A stretch of DNA of 64,000 bases, from assembly GCA_001802865.1 (NCBI GenBank), contig MHAF01000172.1, positions 2,157 to 66,156 of the forward strand. The letters run 5' to 3'. Source of the DNA: Ignavibacteria bacterium RBG_16_34_14 (GTDB taxonomy: Bacteria > Bacteroidota > Ignavibacteria > Ignavibacteriales > Ignavibacteriaceae). Both the position numbers and the translations under genes were made by a program. Position 1 is the first letter of the stretch. Each line of letters starts with the position of its first letter. This document shows, in pieces, positions 9,706 to 18,463 of this stretch. The notes below the pieces were generated by a model. The model was not told the DNA's origin. It worked only from the letters and a program-made list of their open reading frames with translations, and ran no database searches.

Positions 9706-10123
9706 TTCAAATAGTAAAACACATGAAGTATGCCAGCACTCTTATTTTCTATTTACATAAAAGCTTAGTTTTATTGCGCTCTATCTGTATCAAATTGTTA
9801 TGTTTTATACATTTGGGTCAAGAGATAAGAATTTAATTGCTAATTATTTACGAAATATTTTTCTATGATGAGGCGTAAAATTTACCCCGACTATCAATTC
9901 AACTTAAACAATCTCTAATGAAAGAGAAGTATCTCAGACCAGGTTTTAATGAACAAGGTTTTTATGGAAGGCTCAGAAACTTTAAATAATTTTAAATGTA
10001 CTTTCATTGAAGAGTCTTCATTTTAAAGAAGATAGTTGATATTACTTATTTATTTTCTTATTAAATTAAAAGTGTTTAATAATATTCCTTCGTATTTGAA
10101 AAAAGGTTTGGAGAAGATACTAA

Positions 10124-11278
10124 ATGAGTAAAATTCTGCCGCCGAGCGGATATAAAAAAGAAGATACTGAAAAAAGAAAAACCTGGCTGGAAAACAAAAC
10201 AGGTTTTCATCTTAATGAAGCTGGTCCCGACAGCCCGGAAGATTTTAGAGGGATAATTGAAAATCATGTTGGTTTCATGCATCTTCCTCTGGCTATTACA
10301 GGGCCATTGTTAATCAATGGTACATATGCTAAAGGAGAATTCTATATTCCTCTCTGCACTCTCGAGGGAACTTTAACAATGTCTATGACGAGAGGATTAT
10401 TTCTTACACATCTTTCCGGAGGAATCAAGACAAATCATATAAAACAGGAATTGTCAAGATCACCTATATTCATCTTTAAAGACATTGATAAGAGTAAACA
10501 ATTTATTTCCTGGATAAATGAGAATTTTGTTGAGATCAAAAGAGAAGCAGAATCAACAACAAATCATGGCAAGCTTTTAAGAATTGATAAATACCCTTCC
10601 CAAAATAGTGTTATTCTGGATTTTGTTTATAATACTGCCGAGGCTTCCGGGCAAAATATGGTTACAATAGCAACACACAAAGCCTGCAAATATATAAATG
10701 ATAACTATAAATGCGATTCCGGCTTCAGATATTATATTGAAAGCAATTTTAACGGAGATAAAAATCCTGCTTATAAATCGTTGCTTCTTGGGCGAAGTCA
10801 TTATGTTGTTGGAAGTGCACTTATTGAAGGAAGGTTTCTCAAGCGAATCCTTAGAGTTAGTTCAAAAGAATATGTTGATGGCTGGACACAGTGTACAAGG
10901 GGTTCACAGGAAGCAGGTATATTCGGAATGAATATGCATGTAGCAAATGCTCTTACCGCTATTTATTTGGCAACTGGTCAGGATGTTGCAAGTGTTGTCG
11001 AGAATACAGGCGGAATTATTTCCTATGAAGTAAGAAACTCTGACGATCTCTATGCAACTATTACAATGCCTTCAATAACAGTTGGAACAGTTGGCGGCGG
11101 GACTAGATTAAAGCAGGCAAGAAAAAATCTTGAGCTTTTAGGATGTACCGGCAAAGATTCTTCAAAGAAGCTTGCGGAAATTGTTTGTGCCTGTGCCCTT
11201 GCGCTTGAGTTATCTCTTGGCGGTGCAATTGTTTCAGATGAATTTGCTTTTTCTCATGCCAAGTATGGGAGAAAGTGA
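10124..11278 (+). CDS. Hydroxymethylglutaryl-CoA reductase-like (class I catalytic domain) oxidoreductase
   Basis: IENHVGFMHLPLAITGPLLINGTYAKGEFYIPLCTLEGTLTMSMTRG and ...TVGTVGGGT are HMGR catalytic-domain signatures. Its TGA abuts the GTG start of the next gene. Confidence 0.75.
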   Translation: MSKILPPSGYKKEDTEKRKTWLENKTGFHLNEAGPDSPEDFRGIIENHVGFMHLPLAITGPLLINGTYAKGEFYIPLCTLEGTLTMSMTRGLFLTHLSGGIKTNHIKQELSRSPIFIFKDIDKSKQFISWINENFVEIKREAESTTNHGKLLRIDKYPSQNSVILDFVYNTAEASGQNMVTIATHKACKYINDNYKCDSGFRYYIESNFNGDKNPAYKSLLLGRSHYVVGSALIEGRFLKRILRVSSKEYVDGWTQCTRGSQEAGIFGMNMHVANALTAIYLATGQDVASVVENTGGIISYEVRNSDDLYATITMPSITVGTVGGGTRLKQARKNLELLGCTGKDSSKKLAEIVCACALALELSLGGAIVSDEFAFSHAKYGRK

Positions 11279-12019
11279 GTGATTTCAATTCGTTCCGAAC
11301 TGGAGACTGCCATAGTTCCTCCTGAGTATTCTCACGTATTACAAAAGCCCGATCTTATAAGTATATCAATAAAGAAAATTTTTGAAATCTACTGTAAAAT
11401 TCTTTTTACGATTTATTGTCCTTTGAAAATAATTGGGAGGGAAAATATCCCCAGGTCTTCTTCATTTATTTTTTGCAGCAATCATAACAGCCATATGGAT
11501 AGTGGAATTTTGATGGTTGCATCAGGTCTCCCTTTTAAAAATTTTGCAATGATGGCAGCAAAGGATTATTTTTTTGATAATGATAAGCGGAAATATTACC
11601 TTAACCTGCTTATGAACTTAATACCTATAGATAGAGATTCCGACAGGAAATCTATGATTAATTATCTTGCGGCTTGCAGAGAATTTACAAGAGCCGGCAA
11701 CCGCAACCTTATTATTTATCCTGAAGGAACCCGCTCATTAACAGGGAAGATACAACCATTCAAAAAAGGACCTGCGATGATCTCTGCAGAACTTGGTCTT
11801 CCAATTGTTCCTGCACTTATTAAAGGATCATTTAATGCCTGGCCTAAAGGAAAAATTTTTATGAGGCCTTCAAGAATAACAATAAGGATTGGTAAACCTA
11901 TTTTACCAAATGACTACATTTGTAATGGTGACCGGGAAGGAAATAACTTCCAGGCTTATAAAAAAATAACAGAAGAACTAGAGAAAAGGGTTCACGAATT
12001 AAAGAATGCCGGAGCTTAG
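11279..12019 (+). CDS. Glycerolipid acyltransferase (PlsC/GNPAT family)
   Basis: The HX4D motif (NHNSHMDS) and YPEGTRS motif are present. The gene overlaps the next gene by 14 nt. Confidence 0.8.
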   Translation: MISIRSELETAIVPPEYSHVLQKPDLISISIKKIFEIYCKILFTIYCPLKIIGRENIPRSSSFIFCSNHNSHMDSGILMVASGLPFKNFAMMAAKDYFFDNDKRKYYLNLLMNLIPIDRDSDRKSMINYLAACREFTRAGNRNLIIYPEGTRSLTGKIQPFKKGPAMISAELGLPIVPALIKGSFNAWPKGKIFMRPSRITIRIGKPILPNDYICNGDREGNNFQAYKKITEELEKRVHELKNAGA

Positions 12020-13775
12020 AATGCTTAATGTTGAGCAGATGAAATGGTGGGGATGGGGAGGTGAAAATATTGAATTTAATATGGATGATAAACCTGAACT
12101 TTGGCCATATATTAAAGATATCGTAGGAATTGAAGGCGAAGTTAAATTTACTCCCTCATTTAAATTTGATGATATCGAACTTACTCAGCAAACATTAAAC
12201 GATAAGTTTATTAATCATGTAAAATCTTTTATTGATCCTGAACGATTTAAATTTGATAAAAAAGAAAGACTAATTCATTCTTATGGAAAAAGTTTTAGAG
12301 ACCTTTGGAGAATAAGAAACGGTATTGTAAACGCTTCTCCTGATTGCGTGATTTATCCTTTATCTGAAAATGAAATATTAAACGTAATAAAAGCCGCTCT
12401 GGATTACGATGTTGTGATGATTCCTTTCGGTGCAGGTTCAAATATTGCAGGATGCCTTGAAGCCAATAATGGCAGTGGGAGAATGATTGTTTCTCTTGAT
12501 ATGAAGCTTATGGATAAAGTTATCAGTGTTGATAAGCAATCAAATACCGCAAGGATACAAGCCGGTGCCTTAGGTCCTATGCTGGAAAAACAGCTTAATT
12601 CTCATGGTTTTACTCTTGGTCATTTCCCGGATTCATTTGAATATTCTACCATTGGCGGATGGATTGCAACAAGGTCTGCAGGAATGCAGAGCGATAAATA
12701 CGGTAAGATTGAAGATATGGTCCTCTCACTCCGAATGGTAACTCCAACAGGTACAATAGTTACACGTACTGTTCCTAAGTCTTCAAACGGAATTGATGTT
12801 AACCATATTTGTATAGGAAGCGAAGGAACTCTTGGTGTTATTACCGAAGCAGTAATGCAAGTACATAAACTTCCTAAATATAGAGTTCCCTACGGATATC
12901 TTTTCCCGGATTTTGAAAGCGGAGTTAATGCAGTCTATGAATGTGTTGAAAAATATTGTGCCCCTATAGTAACAAGACTGAATGATCCTGGTAAAACAGC
13001 TCTTTCTTTTGCATACAAATCAAAATCTTCACCTCTTAAATCTTTACTTGGTAAAGTTGTTAAATCTTATTTAAAGAATATTAATAAGTTTGATTTCGAT
13101 AAAGTTTGCCTTTTGCTGACTGTATTTGAAGGTAATAAAGAAAACTTTTCTGAAATGAAAAGGAAAGTCAATAAAATTTACAAAAAGCATGGTGCCTTTA
13201 ACCTTGGAACAGAACCAGGTAAAGCTTTTGAAAAAGGCAAATATGATTTCCCTTACCTGCGGGATTATGTAATGGATAGAAATGTAATGGCTGATGTGAG
13301 TGAGACTTCAACTGTATGGAGTAATCTTCTTCCTTTATACTATTCAACAATGGAATCAATTGATAAAGCAATGAAGTACCGCTTTAGCGGGATTAAAAAA
13401 GGTTTTTTGGGATGCCATATAAGTCATACTTATCATACCGGCGCAAGCTTATATTTTACTTTTGGTTGCCAACAGGTTCCAGGATATGAGCTTGAACAAT
13501 ATCTTCTTATAAAAAAAGCCGCCGAAGATGCTTTTATAAAGGGTGGGGCTACATTGTCTCACCATCATGCTGTTGGTTTTGAGCATATGCCCTGGATTAA
13601 AGATGATATTTCTGAAACTGGAATAAAAGCGGTGAGAGGATTAAAATATTCTCTTGATCCAAATAATATTATGAATCCTGATAAAATTATTCCTCCACTT
13701 GAGAAACCTTTTAACTGGGGTTTAGAAAAGAAGGATTTAGAGAAACTTGAAAATGGATACAATGTTCTTAAATAA
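12006..13775 (+). CDS. FAD-linked oxidase, alkyldihydroxyacetonephosphate synthase (AGPS)-like
   Basis: The N-terminal MKWWGWGGE recalls the AGPS KWNGWGY motif. The PCMH FAD domain shows PFGAGSNIAG and FPDSFEYSTIGGWIATRSAGMQSDKYGKIEDMV. LSHHHAVG near the C-terminus recalls the AGPS HHHGVG motif. Confidence 0.7.
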   Translation: MPELRMLNVEQMKWWGWGGENIEFNMDDKPELWPYIKDIVGIEGEVKFTPSFKFDDIELTQQTLNDKFINHVKSFIDPERFKFDKKERLIHSYGKSFRDLWRIRNGIVNASPDCVIYPLSENEILNVIKAALDYDVVMIPFGAGSNIAGCLEANNGSGRMIVSLDMKLMDKVISVDKQSNTARIQAGALGPMLEKQLNSHGFTLGHFPDSFEYSTIGGWIATRSAGMQSDKYGKIEDMVLSLRMVTPTGTIVTRTVPKSSNGIDVNHICIGSEGTLGVITEAVMQVHKLPKYRVPYGYLFPDFESGVNAVYECVEKYCAPIVTRLNDPGKTALSFAYKSKSSPLKSLLGKVVKSYLKNINKFDFDKVCLLLTVFEGNKENFSEMKRKVNKIYKKHGAFNLGTEPGKAFEKGKYDFPYLRDYVMDRNVMADVSETSTVWSNLLPLYYSTMESIDKAMKYRFSGIKKGFLGCHISHTYHTGASLYFTFGCQQVPGYELEQYLLIKKAAEDAFIKGGATLSHHHAVGFEHMPWIKDDISETGIKAVRGLKYSLDPNNIMNPDKIIPPLEKPFNWGLEKKDLEKLENGYNVLK

Positions 13776-14589
13776 GAATATTGTTATTACCGGGGCATCT
13801 TCAGGACTTGGTGCCGCACTCGCAAAAGAACTTGCTTCACATAAACCAAATCTTATTCTCTTTTCCAGGAATATTGATAAGCTTAAAGAAGCTGCAAAAT
13901 TCTGTAATGAAAAGGGAGCTAATGTAATTTCCGTTCAGGGAGATGTAACTAAGCTTGAAGATTGTAAAAGATTAGTTGAAACAACAATAAATAATTTTGG
14001 CTCTGTTGATCATCTTGTTCTTAATGCTGGTATAAGCATGTGGGCTAAGTTTGATGAGGTAACCGACCTTTCTTTATTCCAAAAATTAATTGAAACAAAT
14101 TACCTGAGTGCTGTTCGCTTAGTTCATCTTTTCCTTCCATATCTAAAAAAAAGTAAAGGTCTAATAACTGCTATCTCATCTATCCAGGGCGAAATTGCCG
14201 TACCTTATCATTCAGGATATGTTGCATCCAAGCATGCTTTAACCGGATTTTTAAATACGTTAAGAATGGAGCTTTCCGCCAAAGGCGGATCCGTTGGAAA
14301 AGATAAGGGTGTGGATGTTATGCTTGTTAAACCTCACTGGCTCAGAGGGACCGACCTAAGAAAAAATGCTTTTGATAAAAATGGAAATAAGATTGGTGAA
14401 ACAAAGAAAGAGCACAGCAAAGAATCAATTAGTCTCCAGGAATGCAGCAGAAAAATTCTTAAAGGAATGGTAAACAGAAAAAGAGAGTTAGTAATTCCTG
14501 GAAAATTAAAATTGTTAACAATACTGAGCTTGCTGTTGCCTAATTTAGCAGAGAAGATTGTTTTAGGGAAGCTAAATGAACAAGAATGA
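13747..14589 (+). CDS. Short-chain dehydrogenase/reductase with hydrophobic C-terminal tail (acyl/alkyl-DHAP reductase candidate)
   Basis: TGASSGLG, NAG and YxxxK (YVASKHAL) motifs are present. The track start at 13747 is TTG, with ATG alternatives at 13753 and 13762. The gene overlaps the end of the AGPS-like gene. Confidence 0.8.
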   Translation: MKMDTMFLNKNIVITGASSGLGAALAKELASHKPNLILFSRNIDKLKEAAKFCNEKGANVISVQGDVTKLEDCKRLVETTINNFGSVDHLVLNAGISMWAKFDEVTDLSLFQKLIETNYLSAVRLVHLFLPYLKKSKGLITAISSIQGEIAVPYHSGYVASKHALTGFLNTLRMELSAKGGSVGKDKGVDVMLVKPHWLRGTDLRKNAFDKNGNKIGETKKEHSKESISLQECSRKILKGMVNRKRELVIPGKLKLLTILSLLLPNLAEKIVLGKLNEQE

Positions 14590-14674
14590 GATTGACTCTT
14601 CAAATTAAAAACCATCCAAGGGATAATTACTATCTTGTCAAATATTGTGGTATGGTTGACTTATTTAATGTAAA

Positions 14675-15835
14675 TTGCGTCAGTTAAATGACGGATTTTA
14701 TATGAATATAGTCAGAGTAGCTCAAGATCTCATTACTAAAAAAATCAAACCCGGGAAAGTAATTGTTATTCTTGGTGCGAGAAGAGTCGGAAAAACCTTT
14801 CTCCTTAAAGAATATGTTAAAGAAATTAAAGAAAAATATATTTTCTGGAACGGAGAAGATTTCGCAGTTCAGGAATTATTGAAACGAAGGAGTGTTCAGA
14901 ACTATAGAAATGTCCTTGGGAATGCTGAGTTACTCATTATTGATGAAGCTCAAAAAGTTCCAGAGATCGGGAGTATATTAAAACTTTTAGTTGATTCATT
15001 TGAGGAACTGAAAATTATTGTAACAGGCTCATCGGCATTTGATATAACAAATTTGACTGGAGAACCGCTAACAGGAAGAAAGTATGAAATTCAATTATTC
15101 CCGGTTTCTGAAAATGAGTATTCGCAATTTGAAAAACCTGAAGAAAAAAAAGATAACCTAAGACAACGACTAATTTATGGTAATATGCCCGAATTGAGTA
15201 ATTATCAAGATCAAAAAGATAAAAGAGAATATCTAAGGGATTTGATCAATTCTTATTTGCTTAAGGATATACTTGTATTAGAAAATATCAGAAACTCTGC
15301 AAAGATATTCGACCTCCTTAAACTGATCGCATTTCAAACTGGGAATGAAGTTTCACTGCAGGAAATCGGAAGTCAGCTATCAATATCTAAAAATACAGTT
15401 GAAAAATACTTGGACCTTCTTACAAAAGTTTTTATAATATACAGATTGAATGGCTTTAGTAGAAATTTAAGGAAAGAAATAGTTAAAAATTCAAAATGGT
15501 ATTTTTATGATAACGGAGTCAGGAATGGAATCATTGCAAACTTCAATCAGCTCGGTTTAAGAGATGATGTTGGACTGCTATGGGAAAATTATATGCTCGG
15601 TGAAAGAATTAAACACCAGCATTATTCCGGGATGACAGTTAATAATTATTTCTGGAGAACCTACGACCAGCAGGAAATTGATCTTGTTGAAGAACGGGAT
15701 GGAAAATTATTTGTTTATGAGCTTAAATGGAAACAGGGTAAAACTAAAATACCAGTCGCCTGGCAAAATGCTTATCCCGATTCTCAATTCAAAGTAATTA
15801 CACAAGAAAATTATTATGAATGGTTAACGGAATAA
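14675..15835 (+). CDS. AAA+ ATPase with DUF4143-type C-terminal domain (COG1373-like)
   Basis: Walker A is GARRVGKT and Walker B is LLIIDEAQ. The C-terminal region reads NYFWRTYDQQEIDLVEE...YELKW. A more likely ATG start is at 14702. Confidence 0.75.
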   Translation: MRQLNDGFYMNIVRVAQDLITKKIKPGKVIVILGARRVGKTFLLKEYVKEIKEKYIFWNGEDFAVQELLKRRSVQNYRNVLGNAELLIIDEAQKVPEIGSILKLLVDSFEELKIIVTGSSAFDITNLTGEPLTGRKYEIQLFPVSENEYSQFEKPEEKKDNLRQRLIYGNMPELSNYQDQKDKREYLRDLINSYLLKDILVLENIRNSAKIFDLLKLIAFQTGNEVSLQEIGSQLSISKNTVEKYLDLLTKVFIIYRLNGFSRNLRKEIVKNSKWYFYDNGVRNGIIANFNQLGLRDDVGLLWENYMLGERIKHQHYSGMTVNNYFWRTYDQQEIDLVEERDGKLFVYELKWKQGKTKIPVAWQNAYPDSQFKVITQENYYEWLTE

Positions 15836-15838
15836 TGC

Positions 15839-16014
15839 ATAGCAAAGAATCAATTAATCTTGAAGAATGCAGCAGAAAAATTATAAAAGGAATGGTAAAC
15901 CGAAAAAGAGAGCTGGTTATACCAGAAAAATTAAAACTCCTAACACTGCTGAATTTACTTTTTCCTAGTTTAGCTGAGAAGATTGTTATGGGGAAAGTTA
16001 AAGAACAGGAGTAA
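15839..16014 (+). pseudogene. Relic second copy of the SDR gene 3' end (last ~58 codons)
   Basis: HSKESINLEECSRKIIKGMVNRKRELVIPEKLKLLTLLNLLFPSLAEKIVMGKVKEQE* aligns with the SDR C-terminus HSKESISLQECSRKILKGMVNRKRELVIPGKLKLLTILSLLLPNLAEKIVLGKLNEQE*. It begins immediately after the ATPase stop codon. Confidence 0.8.
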
Positions 16015-16074
16015 TATTATCTTTTCAATTCCTAAATGAAAAATTAAATAAATGCCAACTAAAGGAAGGTTTGA

Positions 16075-17545
16075 TTAAACTTGTGCTGCTATGAGAGTTG
16101 TATTCTGATAGAAGTAGGATTTTTGTTTTTCTTTAAGAGGTGATGATTTAGGTAATTGATAGAATTTCATCAATGATACTACTGACTTACTAGTAGTTCC
16201 ATTGAAACTGAAAAAATCATTAGAAAGTACAATTTTTTTAGCTTCTTCAAGCTGTTGGTTTGTGAGATTTTTTAATTGGTTACGCCACTTATTAGTCAAG
16301 TTTATATTATCATAATGGTTACGCCACAAAATAAATGGCTCAGGCATCATAAGTATTTCAAAGTATTCTTCTATATTTTTTCCAAAAGCTCTCTCAAAGA
16401 AAGATGTTCCTGGCATTCCTATTCCTCTTGTAACATTTAAAACACATTGTACTGCCCTTAAATATTTTCTATTCCAATGTTTGCCAATATATTTTCGATC
16501 AAGAGATTCATATCCATATAGTGGGATAAATTTCATTGGGAAGGAAAAATTATTTGAATTTAATTCTTTATGTAAATCAACATTAATTTTTAAACGTTCC
16601 CAGAGATGTTCAGGTTTATCCACATAATTGAAGAGTATATAATTTGATAATTCCTTAACCCCCATATTTGTCTGCCAATCTGATTGCGTTTTCATACTTT
16701 TCTTTTAAAGAAATATGATCAAAAGCAATTCGCATTGGTCTTATTGGAATTTGACTTAATAATTTCATTTTCTCTTCATCAACATATCTGCAATCTATAC
16801 CTTGATTGAAGTCCACATATCTATTTTTAGGTGTTTTGAGACGATATTTTTCCACATAATAATTTAATTCATCTTTGGATTCAAGAATCAATTCTTTCTT
16901 TATATTCTCTTTTTTATTAATTCCGTATAAAGTCAATAAAGATAAGTAATTTAACTTATCTTCTTTTTTAGTAATTCTGTTAAAAATATATTCGTTTAAA
17001 TATTCATAAATTCTTTTCTCATATCTGCTAATATTCAATTGATCTTTTTCATTCTTTATATAATTGCAAAGAATATCAAATTTATTTGGCGGAGTAAATT
17101 TAGAGCCGACACCAAATCCCATTTCAACAATTTCTTCAATTATCTTGGGAAATAATGGTGAGCCTAAAACATTATTATCCATCAGGATTAAATCTTTTCG
17201 ATCACCATGTTTTTTCTTTATTAGGTCGAGCTGCTGATTTATTGATATTTTATCTTTGTAAATCGGTTCAAGTTTAGGTACAGCGCAAAAGCTACATGTT
17301 CTTGTACAACCTCGTGTCATATATGTTAAATATCCGGTGTCGAGTGGATATTTATGATCAATGGTTTCGAGAATGCTATAATCTGGTGTTAACTCATCAA
17401 TATTTATTTCATTATCATCCAGAATACCAGGTTTATCTAATAAGCCAGTGATAATATTTTTTCCTACTATTAAATCTGCCTCTTTTGCGATTATATCCGG
17501 TATAATGATGCTGCAACACCTCCGTGATATATTATAGTTGTCCAA
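16075..17545 (-). pseudogene. Large radical SAM enzyme (~489 aa if repaired), split by a frameshift in a G5 run
   Basis: The CX3CX2C motif is GCTRTCSFCAVP. ORFs 16655..17545 and 16075..16695 join seamlessly if one G of the run at 16659-16663 is removed: ...AIRLADKYG-VKELSNYILFNYVDKPE... Confidence 0.75.
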
Positions 17546-17581
17546 ATTATTTAGAGAATAGGCAAGTATTGAAATAAAATT

Positions 17582-18463
17582 TTATATGCGATAGTCTAAA
17601 GAAAGAATGATAAAAGGAATATTAAAAATATTTTTTATGTATGGAAATTCGGTTTTTGCTTTATTAAAATCCATCATTCCAGAATATTTAGATCTAATTT
17701 CCATCACAGTTTTATAAGCATTACTACTACCAAGCACACATAAATGTCTTGCAAATTTTGTTGAAGGAACAATTAGGCCACCTAGCTTAATTAAACCAGA
17801 ATTATAGGACATAACAAACTTTACTATATCCTGATAATATGTTCTTGCATTGCCAAACTCAGCTTCCAATTGAAAATATTCTTTTCTATAATCGCATTTT
17901 AGTTTAATCCTATTGTCATTAACAACCTTTTGTTCGTTGAGCCATCCTGAGTTAGAGAGTTGTTCTTTTAATCTTAGATTATAATGCATCTGTCTTTTGT
18001 CTTCTTCATAAGGGATATTTCTTACGGCTTGGATAATTTCTAAAATTCTTTGATCATATGACAATATACTCTTATCGAGCTTATGAATTATTATATCAGA
18101 GAAGAACAAGTTATTATCTGATGATATTGGGAATCCTTTGATTAGAAAGTTGTCATTATTGAGTATTTGCACTTCAATAAATTCATTGAGAGCTGGTTTT
18201 TCTTTTTGGAAGGTTTCTTTAAATGTATTTTTGAGCCAGCTACTAAAAGTATTCCCAAATTTCCCATCATATCTAATCTGTAAATGTCCGGGTGAGTTAT
18301 TTAAGCGACATAACCAACCAATAGAAGTTTGATTATCTCCAAAAACCAAATTGATTTTTCTTCTATTGCCCTTCTCGGGAACAGTCAAATTAGAATACAT
18401 TTTTTTAGGTATCGTGAATCCATATCTAAATGTAGATTTACCTATAATATGTTTAAAAGTCAC
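17582..18463 (-). CDS. Restriction-endonuclease-like protein: N-terminal barrel-like DNA-binding-type domain plus C-terminal BglII/BamHI-like PD-(D/E)XK domain (tentative)
   Basis: D191-X8-E200-A-E202 (KCDYRKEYFQLEAEFGN) followed by K215 and GGLIVP has the same D-X8-E-X-(E/Q) spacing as BglII. The N-terminal FRYGFTIPKKMYSNL resembles B3/EcoRII-N or AbrB-like strands. The GTG start overlaps the upstream stop (GTGA). Confidence 0.45.
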   Translation of the reverse strand: MTFKHIIGKSTFRYGFTIPKKMYSNLTVPEKGNRRKINLVFGDNQTSIGWLCRLNNSPGHLQIRYDGKFGNTFSSWLKNTFKETFQKEKPALNEFIEVQILNNDNFLIKGFPISSDNNLFFSDIIIHKLDKSILSYDQRILEIIQAVRNIPYEEDKRQMHYNLRLKEQLSNSGWLNEQKVVNDNRIKLKCDYRKEYFQLEAEFGNARTYYQDIVKFVMSYNSGLIKLGGLIVPSTKFARHLCVLGSSNAYKTVMEIRSKYSGMMDFNKAKTEFPYIKNIFNIPFIILSLDYRI

